The notes under the pieces: model-generated
Database searches by the model: none
Seen by the model: only the letters and a program-made list of their open reading frames with translations
Told to the model about the DNA's origin: nothing
Shown here: piece by piece, positions 37,813-47,971 of the stretch
How the letters are laid out: every line of letters starts with the position of its first letter
Position numbering within the stretch: position 1 is the first letter of the stretch
Translations under genes and position numbers: made by a program
Assembly (NCBI GenBank): GCA_036337435.1
Contig: JAYZEG010000037.1
Span: forward strand, 32,001 to 96,000
DNA length: 64,000 nucleotides
Source of the DNA: Myxococcota bacterium
GTDB lineage: Bacteria; Myxococcota_A; Bradymonadia; UBA7976; UBA1532
Reading direction: 5' to 3'

Positions 37813-38745
37813 TTATTGTCCAGTCCCATCGTCTTCGATGGATGTCGATATTGCGATATCCGAGAGCAGCGAACGCCAACTACGGTCCTCCGTATACTGG
37901 TCGGTTGGTTCTCCTAGAATCGAGTAAAGGGATGCAGGTATGTACGGATAGTTCTCCTGCCATTTAGCCTGAAAACGCATTGCATCATCGGCAATACTTG
38001 CATCCCCGATATTTTTCTTTAAGGCCTCTATTCGCCCGAGTATCGACTGACGTTGTTCAACGTCTTGAGTCTGGGTATAGAGGTCGACGAGATATTGTAA
38101 AGCCAATTGGTGCTTGCCCAGCCGACTTGAGATGGACGCGACGAGACTGCGAACTCGGTCGGGTGCACCGGGTGTGTTCGCAGCCCGCTCAAAGTAGGCT
38201 AGTCCTAATTCCCGGTTTTTTCGAGACTCGTCTGAGTCCTTACTTTTCAACTCAACGTAATGATTGAGGCCGAGTCGATACGCTGCCTCATAGTCATCGG
38301 GATTTTGTTTGAGTGCCAACTCATAATACCGATTGGAGCGCCGTACGTTTTCATTGGTGAAACGTCGGCCGTAAAGAACGTTGGCTCCAGCCCAATGGTA
38401 TACCTTGGTGAAATCCGGGTCGAGAGCAACAATCTGATTTAGGAAATGCTCCAGCCAAGGGTACTTTCGGTCCCCTTTAAAGTGCCTGGCAAAATACTCC
38501 AGGGTACGAATCCAAACAAAATCAGCAGCAGCTTGATTATAACCCAGAGTCATTAACCTCATTTGGCGAATGTCGGGTACATAAATGACTTCACTTGACT
38601 CAGCAAAACTTGCATTGTCTTTCAATTGTCGGACAGCCAGCAGGCTCGATTGATTAACGACAATTGCGCTCAAGAAGACCACGAGTGCTAACCCTCTTGT
38701 CAGAAGACCACTCGATCTTGATTTGATTTGGAACTGAGGGGACAT
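37813..38745 (-). CDS. pilG: PilG-like TPR membrane protein
   Basis: LGYNQAAADFVWIRTLEYF, LDPDFTKVY; directly downstream of pilA as in Myxococcus. Confidence 0.65.
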   Translation of the reverse strand: MSPQFQIKSRSSGLLTRGLALVVFLSAIVVNQSSLLAVRQLKDNASFAESSEVIYVPDIRQMRLMTLGYNQAAADFVWIRTLEYFARHFKGDRKYPWLEHFLNQIVALDPDFTKVYHWAGANVLYGRRFTNENVRRSNRYYELALKQNPDDYEAAYRLGLNHYVELKSKDSDESRKNRELGLAYFERAANTPGAPDRVRSLVASISSRLGKHQLALQYLVDLYTQTQDVEQRQSILGRIEALKKNIGDASIADDAMRFQAKWQENYPYIPASLYSILGEPTDQYTEDRSWRSLLSDIAISTSIEDDGTGQ

Positions 38746-38866
38746 CAGGTGCGTTTACCTGCCATTCAAGATTATGTGTGTGCCGAAGCTAACCGGGGAT
38801 TACCTCCGACGCAAGGCCTGCAAGCCCAACAGGACACAGAAAGCACAATTCGAGGCGCTGGAGGGC

Positions 38867-38898
38867 AAAAAAAAAGGCGTGCCGTGGCACGCCTTTTT
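38867..38898 (-). terminator. Intrinsic terminator of pilA (bidirectional-type)
   Basis: AAAAAAAAAGGCGTGC-cgtg-GCACGCCTTTTT; 9-nt U tract on the minus strand. Confidence 0.9.
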
Positions 38899-38919
38899 CA
38901 CTGCTAAGCAGCCGTCGAA

Positions 38920-39474
38920 CTATTCAAGCTCGTTGTTCGTGAACAGACCAGCACCACCGCTGATGTTGTTCTGCGCATCAACTGTACCGATACGCTCGAA
39001 AGTTGACTGAGTCTGGTCGCAGTTCAAATCACCGTTTGCTCGTGCGGTGAAGTGAGCGCCAGCACCCTGCTCTTTGGAGTCGTAGGTGTACTTGAAGTAG
39101 AACGGATCCTCGACTGCGAAGTTGAGTGCCTGCCATGTTGGCGCATCCCAAGTGTTCACGTCTGGCTGGAACTTCTGGCTGTCACCGTCCTTGCAAACGC
39201 CACCAGTCCAAACACCGGGGTCTGGTGCTTCAGCTGTTGTCGGGAACTGGCGTGGAAGAATTCGACCAGTCCGATCCGCCTGCTCCTCGTTGTAGTACGA
39301 GACAGAGCTGTCAAACAGCTTACGGATGTTCATTGTAGCCTCAGATGTCTTCGAGCGCTGAATGTACTTCATGAACGCAGGAATGGCGACAGCGGCCAAA
39401 ATACCAATGATCGCAACAACAATCATCAGCTCAATCAAGGTGAAGCCTTTGGCTCCCTTCTTTAGATTTCGCAT
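38920..39474 (-). CDS. pilA: Type IVa major pilin
   Basis: [24 protein letters not shown]; strong terminator; codon choice typical of highly expressed genes (AAC, GGT, GCT, TTC). Confidence 0.93.
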   Translation of the reverse strand: MRNLKKGAKGFTLIELMIVVAIIGILAAVAIPAFMKYIQRSKTSEATMNIRKLFDSSVSYYNEEQADRTGRILPRQFPTTAEAPDPGVWTGGVCKDGDSQKFQPDVNTWDAPTWQALNFAVEDPFYFKYTYDSKEQGAGAHFTARANGDLNCDQTQSTFERIGTVDAQNNISGGAGLFTNNELE

Positions 39475-39730
39475 TATGCGTACCTCTTTTTCCCGGGGAG
39501 GGAGGGAACATTTGTTACAGGAACCGATGGCCCTCCCCCGAGTCCCATCCTATCCCATGGGCCTTATGCCCATAAATACTTCTACTTCCTACCGGTGGCT
39601 CAAAATCACTGGATTCTAGAGCCGACTGACAACCTATGTTGTTAATCTATATCCGGCTAAGAAAATCTCCAAAATTTTTCTTTTCCTCTTCCGAACTTGA
39701 GTCAGTTTCTATCTGCTACCCACTCACAGT

Positions 39731-40258
39731 CTATTCATTCTCGTTATGGCGATAGATATCTGGTTTTTCCGATGTCACTTCGAATGTGGACAAAACCCCA
39801 TTACTGTCAAAGTCGCCATTGGCTTGTGCCCAAAACCAGGGGCGATTGGAGTTTCGGATTGCCGCTCCCCCATCTTGCCCTGGCCGCCCGGCAGCCATCC
39901 TATATTGAAACCACACAGACCCAGGTGATTCCACAGCTAAGTCATGCCAAGCATTATTGGCCGGAATCGGGTTTGCTGGGTCATTCCAGCGAATTTTCCC
40001 CGAATCGACCGACGGTACATCGCGGGGCCAAACAGCCTCGCTGTTTGAACCGCAGAACACTCCGTTTGCCTGGTAGTACGCCAACTGCGCTGCTCGAACC
40101 CCACCCAAGAATTGGACGGCTTCAGCATTGCGGGCAGCATACGTGTATTTCCGGTAGCCCGTTATCGCCAAGACCGAGAGAACACCAATGATCACAACCA
40201 CGATCATGAGTTCGACAAGAGTAAACCCATTGATACTTCGTGTCCGCACTAGAGACAT
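39731..40258 (-). CDS. Second type IV pilin (divergent paralogue)
   Basis: NG|FTLVELMIVVVIIGVLSVLAI; ANGDFD C-terminal motif shared with pilA; GGGGAG RBS. Confidence 0.88.
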   Translation of the reverse strand: MSLVRTRSINGFTLVELMIVVVIIGVLSVLAITGYRKYTYAARNAEAVQFLGGVRAAQLAYYQANGVFCGSNSEAVWPRDVPSVDSGKIRWNDPANPIPANNAWHDLAVESPGSVWFQYRMAAGRPGQDGGAAIRNSNRPWFWAQANGDFDSNGVLSTFEVTSEKPDIYRHNENE

Positions 40259-40288
40259 GCTCCCCCGTTCTTCACACTCACCCTTCAA

Positions 40289-40304
40289 GCAGAATTCGTG
40301 CCAA
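40289..40304 (-). promoter_or_regulatory. sigma54 promoter upstream of the pilin pair
   Basis: Minus strand TTGGCACGAATTCTGC (GG-N10-GC), about 30 nt before ATG 40258, just downstream of pilR. Confidence 0.8.
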
Positions 40305-40505
40305 AACTATAATCCTTCTTGCCACAGACAAAAAAGGTCGGTTACCCGGCCTCAATTGCCTCGCGTCAGCGAGCCCACAGTCGCTTAAATCACTGCCTGC
40401 CCGTCTAGACACGACTCCACAATATACATTGTCCTACATGTAGTCAATATACTTACTTGCAAATAATTTAAGTTTTCTTCGAGCAACCGACGAAGAGAGA
40501 CGATC

Positions 40506-40542
40506 TTTGTCACCGGTGACAAAATTTGTCACCGGTTGGCAA
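40506..40542. promoter_or_regulatory. Putative PilR enhancer: tandem palindromic sites
   Basis: Perfect 18-bp palindrome TTTGTCACCGGTGACAAA plus a second copy TTTGTCACCGGTTGGCAA 19 bp later. Confidence 0.6.
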
Positions 40543-40586
40543 CGACGCCTGTTCCGATAATTTGAGGTCTTCGGCTTCTGCGCGGG

Positions 40587-41960
40587 CTAGGTCATGTCCA
40601 ACTTATCAAGCCGATAGCGAAAGGAGCGAAATGTAATGCCGAGTAAGTTGGCGGCGTCTTTCTTGCGACCGCCGGTTCGCTGAAGTGCCTGTTCGATGAG
40701 ATCTCGTTCGATTTGATTGATCAGCGCATCAAGATTTAATCCGTCTAAGGGTAATTCCACATTGGCGTTACCCGTGCCCGCTCCAACCTGATGATGTCCA
40801 AAGCCAGACGGTAGATGGGCTAAGGAAATCTCGTTTTCTTCAGCCAACGCTGTCGCCCGCTCCATTAGATTTTCTAATTCACGAACGTTGCCGTTGAATG
40901 GATGGCGATGCAGCCGCTGCAATACCTCAGGTTGAATCGAATCGATCGATTTGCCAAATTCTTCTGAGTACTTCTTTAGAAAATGATGTGCGAGAAGAGA
41001 AATATCGGAAGGCCGGTCGCGAAGCGGCGGAAGTTCAATGCAAATCACGTTGAGTCGATAGTATAGGTCTTCCCGAAACCGTCCTTCACTCACCTCATCG
41101 GCGAGTTCGCGATTGGTTGCCGCAATCACTCTTACGTCAACAGGTACTTCCCGTAAGTCTCCGACTTGTTTGACCTTACGTTCCTGGAGGACTCTGAGTA
41201 GCTTTGCCTGCATTCCCATCGGCATGTCGCCCACTTCATCTAAGAGTAAGGTCCCCCCATTTGCCGCTTGAAACATACCCACTCGGTCAGTATGGGCACC
41301 AGTAAATGCGCCCTTCTTATGACCGAATAATTCACTTTCCAGCAAATTTTCCGGGATAGCGGCGCAATTGATGACCAAAAACGGTTTATTCCGGCGTTCA
41401 CTCTGGTCATGAATGGCACGGGCAACCAATTCTTTGCCCGTCCCACTGGCACCCAGAATAAGCACATTTGTTCGGGTTGAAGCCACCCGACGAATCATCG
41501 AGAAGACATCCTTCATCGCCCTGGAACGACCGATAAGACCACTGGTGTTACCACGCTGCTCCAGGCGGGCGCGCAATGCGCGATTTTCGACAACAAGGCG
41601 ACGCCGTTCCAGTGCCTTGTCGATAACCACCTGAATCTCGTCTAATTTAAAGGGCTTGCTGAAATAGTCGTATGCACCAATCTTAATGGCTTCGATGGCC
41701 GTATTCGTTGATGCGTAAGCCGTCATCACAATCACCGGCGTTTCTGGATACAACTCGCGGCAACGACGCAATACAACCATGCCGTGAGTTCCGGGCATCC
41801 TCAGATCTGTGATCACCAGATCAAACTCTTGCTCATGGAGTAATTGGACCCCCTCGGTCCCATCGGCTGCGACGGTCACGTCATGCCCATGCTGCAAAAA
41901 AAAGATCTCAAGAAATTCTCTCATGGAGAGTTCATCATCGACGACCAGAATACGACTCAC
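40587..41960 (-). CDS. pilR: sigma54-dependent response regulator
   Basis: Receiver (VVDDE, DLRMP), GASGTGKE, ESELFGHKKGAFTGA, HTH LLGITFRSFRYRL. Confidence 0.93.
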   Translation of the reverse strand: MSRILVVDDELSMREFLEIFFLQHGHDVTVAADGTEGVQLLHEQEFDLVITDLRMPGTHGMVVLRRCRELYPETPVIVMTAYASTNTAIEAIKIGAYDYFSKPFKLDEIQVVIDKALERRRLVVENRALRARLEQRGNTSGLIGRSRAMKDVFSMIRRVASTRTNVLILGASGTGKELVARAIHDQSERRNKPFLVINCAAIPENLLESELFGHKKGAFTGAHTDRVGMFQAANGGTLLLDEVGDMPMGMQAKLLRVLQERKVKQVGDLREVPVDVRVIAATNRELADEVSEGRFREDLYYRLNVICIELPPLRDRPSDISLLAHHFLKKYSEEFGKSIDSIQPEVLQRLHRHPFNGNVRELENLMERATALAEENEISLAHLPSGFGHHQVGAGTGNANVELPLDGLNLDALINQIERDLIEQALQRTGGRKKDAANLLGITFRSFRYRLDKLDMT

Positions 41961-43666
41961 GACTGTGACTCCTCGTAGCTGAGCTGCTTGGCGGCCAAAA
42001 CCTTCGGCAAGATAACGGAAAACCGAGTTCCTTCTCCAGGTTGGCTGAACACATGAATTCGACCGCTATGTTCTTCCACGATGCGATGAACCAAAGCCAG
42101 GCCCAAGCCAGTTCCGCGCTTTTTTGTTGAATAGAATGGATCAAAAATCCGGTCCAGTAAATCAACGGGGATTCCGACCCCTTGATCTTCGATGCGAACT
42201 TCGATTTCGCGCCGGCGTCGTTCAACCTCAAGTCGAATCAAACCACCCTCGGGCATGGCTTGAACGGCATTATTGAGAAGGTTCCAGAATACTTGTCTGA
42301 GTTGCCTCGGGTCAGCATCAATTTTGACATCGTCTTCCATCTCGAGTTCGAGTGTAATGTCGACATCTCTGACCGATTGTTCCTCGTGCCCCTGGAGGTA
42401 CTGAAATACCAGAACCAACTCATCAAGAATGGGTTTCAAATTCACCCGTTCAATGGCCGGGGGATTTGGCCGCGCGAATTGTAAGAACTCACTGACCAGC
42501 GTATTCAAACGGTCCGTTTCTCGCAGCACGATTTGCATCAACCGATGATTTGTTCCGGCTAAGTTGCCTGCTTTTGAAAGAATCTGAATACTTCCACTCA
42601 TGCTGGCCAAAGGATTCCGGATTTCGTGAGCGATGCCGGCGGCCATTTTACCAATGGCAGCGAAGCGCTCACTTCGCTGAACGCTCTCTTCCATCTCTCG
42701 CAAACGAGTCAAATCCTGGATGATCAAGATCCAACCTTGGTGCCGATTTTGTCCGTCTCTCAAAGGGGACAGATTATAGCTCAAGGCACAGTGGCGTCCG
42801 TCAACCCGGCGAAACTCTCCTTCCCATTGCTCTAACAACTCGGAATCACAGCGCTGTTCAAGGCCAGGGAACAATTCGTGGGCGCGGGCATAGAGAACGG
42901 ACTCAGGTTCATAACCTGTGATTCGGCCAGCGGCCGGATTGAAGAAGATGATCCTTTGGTCGAGTGTAAAACTGACCAATCCACTTTGGATACTCGTGAT
43001 AATGTGCCCGTTGAGTACTTTAAGTGCTTCGATGTCCCGGCTGGCATCGATCAACCGCTGCCCTGCCGCACGCGCTTGTTCAGACAAATAGCCCGCAAGC
43101 AATGCGACCAAGAATACCGCGGTAACATTTGTCAGACCACTGAGGAATACGGCCAGGAGTTTTTGATCTCCCACTGGGCCTGCAGGCACCCCCCATCCTA
43201 ACGATTCTCTCAACACCAGCAAAACAATAAGAATGGTCGCGATCAACATCGCGTACAACGAACCTCGCCGGCCCAAAATGATTGAACCTGCGAGCACAGA
43301 GAGAGAGAACAACACCAAAAATAACGAGTCGGTCCCACCGGTCAATGAGACAAGCATTGCGCTGATAATGAGATCTCCAGTGATTTGAACGTATGCAAAA
43401 CGCTCAAAATGCTCCTGAAGACTGCGCAATAAAATTGCGTAAACGATGGTCAATGCATAGGTGCCAACGATCAAACCGAGCAGACCCAGACGTTTGGACG
43501 TACTGAGAACGTCCTGGGCGGTTAATCGAAAAATAAGGGTCGAACCGAGTAGCAGTGTAATCAGAACCACCCGGAAGAACATAAGCCATTCAAGACGGGT
43601 GACGATCTCTGGAGTCGTGCGATTTACAAAGCCCACCTTGGCATCTAGGGTCGTTCCAATGGACAT
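41957..43666 (-). CDS. pilS: Sensor histidine kinase
   Basis: TM region, PAS, AHEIRNPL, NLLNNA, DQGVGI, GTGLGL; located between pilC and pilR. Confidence 0.92.
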   Translation of the reverse strand: MSIGTTLDAKVGFVNRTTPEIVTRLEWLMFFRVVLITLLLGSTLIFRLTAQDVLSTSKRLGLLGLIVGTYALTIVYAILLRSLQEHFERFAYVQITGDLIISAMLVSLTGGTDSLFLVLFSLSVLAGSIILGRRGSLYAMLIATILIVLLVLRESLGWGVPAGPVGDQKLLAVFLSGLTNVTAVFLVALLAGYLSEQARAAGQRLIDASRDIEALKVLNGHIITSIQSGLVSFTLDQRIIFFNPAAGRITGYEPESVLYARAHELFPGLEQRCDSELLEQWEGEFRRVDGRHCALSYNLSPLRDGQNRHQGWILIIQDLTRLREMEESVQRSERFAAIGKMAAGIAHEIRNPLASMSGSIQILSKAGNLAGTNHRLMQIVLRETDRLNTLVSEFLQFARPNPPAIERVNLKPILDELVLVFQYLQGHEEQSVRDVDITLELEMEDDVKIDADPRQLRQVFWNLLNNAVQAMPEGGLIRLEVERRRREIEVRIEDQGVGIPVDLLDRIFDPFYSTKKRGTGLGLALVHRIVEEHSGRIHVFSQPGEGTRFSVILPKVLAAKQLSYEESQS

Positions 43667-43736
43667 CGCTTACACGTTCTCTAGCGTCGTTACAGAATGG
43701 CGGTCGTCGGCGACGATCGACAGAGTCTCAATTCAC

Positions 43737-44942
43737 CTATTGTTTTACGTTTCCAGCAATCGAGAAGATTGGCAGATACATCGCGATCATAATGGTTCCG
43801 ACGATCCCCCCAATGAACACCATGGCAATGGGCTCTAACAGCTTGGTGAGACCTTCGACAGAGACTTCAACTTCATCTTCGTAGAAATCAGCGATCTTCT
43901 GCAACATGGTATCCATCGCACCCGTGCTCTCACCGACGGATATCATTTGCACCACCATCGACGGGAAAACGTTCGTTTGGAGCAACGGATCAGCCATATT
44001 GCTCCCTTCTGAGACCTTGTCGCGGGTAAAGTAAATGGCACCTTCGATTATTTTATTATTGGCCGCTTTCGCAACAATATCTAATGCATCCAGAATCGGC
44101 ACACCCGAGGCGATCATCGTACCCAGGGTGCGGGTAAACTTGGCCACAGCAACTTTGCGTAAGAGCGTTCCAATCACAGGTAGCTTCAATAAGGTGGCAT
44201 CAAATAGATACCGTCCCTTTTCCGTCTGAATTGCTTTGATAAAAATCGCGACAAACAAACCGAGACCAAGCAAAACCCAAATGAAGTTGGCTTGGAACCA
44301 TTCAGACGCCACAATGACCGCTACGGTCAGTTCAGGCATCTGGGCATCTCCCATGTCCTGAAACATCTTTGCAAAGGTTGGGATAACCCACTTGAGGAGC
44401 GCAAAAACCACAGCAAAAGCGATGACCACGATGACGGTTGGGTACATGAGCGCACCCTTGACCTGTCGGACAAGCTTCACATTCTTTTCTATGTATGTGG
44501 CGAGACGATTCAGAATGGTATCGAGAATACCACCGATCTCACCGGCCGCGACGAGGTTGACAAAAAGGCTGTCGAAGACCTTTGGGTGGCGTCTTAAGGA
44601 ATCGGCAAAAGTCGCCCCACCTTCGACGTTCGCCTTGACATCAAGGAGAACGGACCGGAAATACTTGCTTGGCTCTTGACTCGATAAAATCTCCAGGCAT
44701 TGTACCAAGGGCAAGCCTGCATCGATCATGGTTGCGAACTGCCGGACAAAAACAACCAGTTGAGCAGCAGAAACACCGCCTCCCAAAGAAAGCGAGATCG
44801 ACTTTCTCTTCTGCCGAACTTTTTCGACCATGATATTTTGCTGGCGAAGCCGGGCTTGTACGTCCCGTTCCGATTCGGCCTCGATCACGCCTTTCCGAAG
44901 TTCTCCGGAGCGTGTGCGGCCCTCCCAGACCCACTCGGTCAT
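43737..44942 (-). CDS. pilC: Type IV pilus platform protein
   Basis: RQFATMIDAGLPLVQCL, AGEIGGILD, VGESTGAMDTML, AMYLPIF. Confidence 0.95.
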   Translation of the reverse strand: MTEWVWEGRTRSGELRKGVIEAESERDVQARLRQQNIMVEKVRQKRKSISLSLGGGVSAAQLVVFVRQFATMIDAGLPLVQCLEILSSQEPSKYFRSVLLDVKANVEGGATFADSLRRHPKVFDSLFVNLVAAGEIGGILDTILNRLATYIEKNVKLVRQVKGALMYPTVIVVIAFAVVFALLKWVIPTFAKMFQDMGDAQMPELTVAVIVASEWFQANFIWVLLGLGLFVAIFIKAIQTEKGRYLFDATLLKLPVIGTLLRKVAVAKFTRTLGTMIASGVPILDALDIVAKAANNKIIEGAIYFTRDKVSEGSNMADPLLQTNVFPSMVVQMISVGESTGAMDTMLQKIADFYEDEVEVSVEGLTKLLEPIAMVFIGGIVGTIMIAMYLPIFSIAGNVKQ

Positions 44943-45085
44943 GTAACGTTCCCCTGTCTAATCAACCACTCTACTGCATTATAGCCCGAGATTCGTCGGT
45001 GCGAAAGCTCATGACATATTACTCTTATCGGCAGCAATCGCCCCCGCATTAATCACGACGACCGCCACTCGCCTACAGACGGTCT

Positions 45086-46165
45086 CTATGATCGGCTGCG
45101 AGCTAAATCTTGCAGCATGCTGTTCAGTTCTTCAATGTCATTCGAATGATTGAGGGCATCGACCTCGGAGAGATCACCTTTTTGGACTAAGTCAAAAAGG
45201 GCCTGATTCATCGTTTGCATACCAAACTTCGCCTGACCGACTTGCATTTGACTATAGATCTGGTGGGCTTTGTCCTCCCGGATCAGGTTGGCAATCGCGG
45301 GCGTGGTCAACATCACTTCAGCCGCGAGCACACGGCCAACCCCCGTTCGCTTCATCAGTAACTGCTGACTGACAACGGCTTCCAAAGTAAAACTCAATTG
45401 GGCACGGACTTGTGATTGTTGATGTGGTGGAAACAAATCGATGATTCGATTGATAGACTGAAGAGCCGAGTTTGTGTGCAAGGTGGCCAGGACCAAGTGA
45501 CCCGTCTCAGAGATGGTGAGTGCCGCTTGAACAGTCTCTAAATCACGCATTTCCCCGATGAGCACGACATCCGGGTCCTGGCGCAACACATAGCGCAGTG
45601 CGCCCTTGAAACCATCGGTGTCTTGTCCGATCTCGCGCTGATTAACGATGCAGTTTTTGTGACTGTGAATATGCTCGATGGGGTCTTCGATGGTGATGAT
45701 ATGGTGGTGGCGCTCTCGATTGATTTTGTCGAGCATCGCCGCGAGAGTCGTAGACTTGCCAGACCCGGTTGGACCGGTAACAAGAATCAACCCACGTGTG
45801 CGGGCAGTCAGACCACCGATCACATCGGGTAGGCCGAGTTGATCGAATTGTGGCAACGTGCTTGGAATCGCCCGAAATGCAGCGGCCATGGTCCCCCGCT
45901 GCATGAAGAAATTAGCTCGAAATCGGCAAAGATTTTTAACGCCAAAACTAAAATCGAGTTCTTGATATTCGAGGAAATGCTGCTTTTGCTTCTCGTTTAG
46001 AACCGACAGACAGAGATGTGCGGTTTGATCCGGTGTGAGTGGCGGGACTTTCAAACGCACCAAATGTCCGTCAATCCTCAGGTTGGGCGGTGATCCACAG
46101 GTAATATGGAGGTCAGACGCCCCCTCCCGAACCATCGATTGAAGAAGCTGGTGGAGGTCCAACAT
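45086..46165 (-). CDS. pilT: Type IV pilus retraction ATPase
   Basis: ASDLHI, GPTGSGKSTTLAA, LRQDPD, ETGHLVLATLHT, AIANLIRE, GMQTMNQ. Confidence 0.95.
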   Translation of the reverse strand: MLDLHQLLQSMVREGASDLHITCGSPPNLRIDGHLVRLKVPPLTPDQTAHLCLSVLNEKQKQHFLEYQELDFSFGVKNLCRFRANFFMQRGTMAAAFRAIPSTLPQFDQLGLPDVIGGLTARTRGLILVTGPTGSGKSTTLAAMLDKINRERHHHIITIEDPIEHIHSHKNCIVNQREIGQDTDGFKGALRYVLRQDPDVVLIGEMRDLETVQAALTISETGHLVLATLHTNSALQSINRIIDLFPPHQQSQVRAQLSFTLEAVVSQQLLMKRTGVGRVLAAEVMLTTPAIANLIREDKAHQIYSQMQVGQAKFGMQTMNQALFDLVQKGDLSEVDALNHSNDIEELNSMLQDLARSRS

Positions 46166-47859
46166 TAATCAGCAGCCGACGCTCTAACGACTTCACTGAT
46201 GGTCGTGACACCCTCTCTCAATTTGGATAAGGCTGATTGACGCAGTGTCTTCATACCCAGCGCAATCGCTTCACGCTTGAGCTCAACGGATGACACACCC
46301 TGCAAAACCAGGTCTTTCAACTCATCGCTCATCGGCATGATTTCGTAGAGAGCCACTCGGCCCTTAAACCCGGTCTCGTTACAAGCACGGCACCCCTTGC
46401 CTTCGAAGACTTCAGCCGACGCGGCTTGTTCGTTCGTCATGCCAAGATCGATCAACGCCTGTTTTTCAACCTTAATAGGCTCAGCGCACTCTTTGCAGAT
46501 TCGACGGGCCAAACGTTGAGCAACGATGGCATTGACAGAAGCGGTCACCAAAAATGGCTCCACGCCCATATTCAGCATCCGGTGAACCGTCGATGGCGCA
46601 TCGTTTGTATGAAGGGTCGACAAAACCAAGTGACCGGTTAGAGCCGCTTTGACAGCGATTTCGGCCGTTTCAAAATCTCGAATCTCACCAACCATGATGA
46701 TGTCCGGATCCTGTCTCAAAAAAGAACGCAACGCAGCTGCAAAGTTCAGCCCGATGGAATCGTTCATCTGGCACTGGTTAATCCCGCCTAGATTAAACTC
46801 AACAGGGTCCTCCGCGGTTGAAATATTGTCGCTCGTTTTGTTCAGATCGGACAGAGCTGAATACAGGGTTGTGGTCTTCCCCGACCCTGTAGGTCCCGTA
46901 ACCAAAACCATGCCGTACGGCTTATAAATAGCGTCCTTGAAGACATCTATCTGAGCTGGCTCAAAGCCAAGCTTAGTCATGTCCAACTCAAGATTAGATT
47001 TGTCGAGAAGCCGCATAACCACTTTTTCGCCGAACAACGTCGGCAAGACGCTCACGCGAAAGTCCATCTCACGACCGCCGCCCATCTTGATTTTAATACG
47101 CCCGTCTTGCGGCAGGCGACGCTCTGCAATATCAAGCTGCGACATGATTTTAATACGACTTGTGATGGCATTGCGCAGCTTCAGGGGCGGATTCATGATT
47201 TCATACAGCACACCGTCGACACGGTATCGGACTCGAAAAGACTTTTCATAAGGCTCGATATGGATATCGGAGGCATTCTTTTTGATGGCGTCGACGAGGA
47301 TTAAGTTAACCAGCCGCACCACCGGTGCTTCTTCACTGGATTTCTCTAGGTCGACGATATCTTCGTCTTTTTCTCCCTCAACAACGTCGACCTCGGCATC
47401 GATGATATCGTCAAGAATTTGCTCGTATTTGACGGATTGGTCGTAGTACCGGTCTATGGCTTCTCGAAGGGCTTCATCACTGGCAACAACGGTCTCGACG
47501 TTGTAACCTGTGTTAAACTTTACGTCATCAATGGCCGTCAAATTGGATGGGTCGCTCATGGCCACGATCAACACAGATCCAGCCCGATTAATGGGCAGAA
47601 TCTGGTGTTTTTGCGCGAGCTGCCTCGGTATCAGTTTGATCACATTTTCATCGATCTCAAACTCGTCTAGATTAATGGCCGGCACGCCGTAGTGCTGACT
47701 CATAAACTTCGTGAGATCCTTCTCGCCGACCATGCCAAGTTTGGTCAAGGTATAGGTCAGGTTCTCACCGCTTGCCCGCTGGGTGTCCTGCGCTTTTTTC
47801 AAGTCAGCTAAGCTGATCAGATTTTCTCTGACAAGGAGCTCACCGATTCGTTCCGACAT
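46165..47859 (-). CDS. pilB: Type IV pilus extension ATPase
   Basis: ASDIHIEP, LDIAERRLPQDG, GPTGSGKTTTLY, CKEC/CRAC zinc motif, KGRVALYE. Confidence 0.95.
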   Translation of the reverse strand: MSERIGELLVRENLISLADLKKAQDTQRASGENLTYTLTKLGMVGEKDLTKFMSQHYGVPAINLDEFEIDENVIKLIPRQLAQKHQILPINRAGSVLIVAMSDPSNLTAIDDVKFNTGYNVETVVASDEALREAIDRYYDQSVKYEQILDDIIDAEVDVVEGEKDEDIVDLEKSSEEAPVVRLVNLILVDAIKKNASDIHIEPYEKSFRVRYRVDGVLYEIMNPPLKLRNAITSRIKIMSQLDIAERRLPQDGRIKIKMGGGREMDFRVSVLPTLFGEKVVMRLLDKSNLELDMTKLGFEPAQIDVFKDAIYKPYGMVLVTGPTGSGKTTTLYSALSDLNKTSDNISTAEDPVEFNLGGINQCQMNDSIGLNFAAALRSFLRQDPDIIMVGEIRDFETAEIAVKAALTGHLVLSTLHTNDAPSTVHRMLNMGVEPFLVTASVNAIVAQRLARRICKECAEPIKVEKQALIDLGMTNEQAASAEVFEGKGCRACNETGFKGRVALYEIMPMSDELKDLVLQGVSSVELKREAIALGMKTLRQSALSKLREGVTTISEVVRASAAD

Positions 47860-47971
47860 GTCTGTGTCCTCTTAAACCACGTGCTCGATCGACTTCGTTT
47901 ACCAGAGCAATTAACCCTGGATATCCGATCTATCTAGCTGATTGTGTGTCGCGTATCGGTTTGTGTCAATG

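Noticed and set aside
38885..38900. TGGCACG sigma54-like element
   Set aside because: It is part of the pilA terminator stem and lacks the -12 GC.
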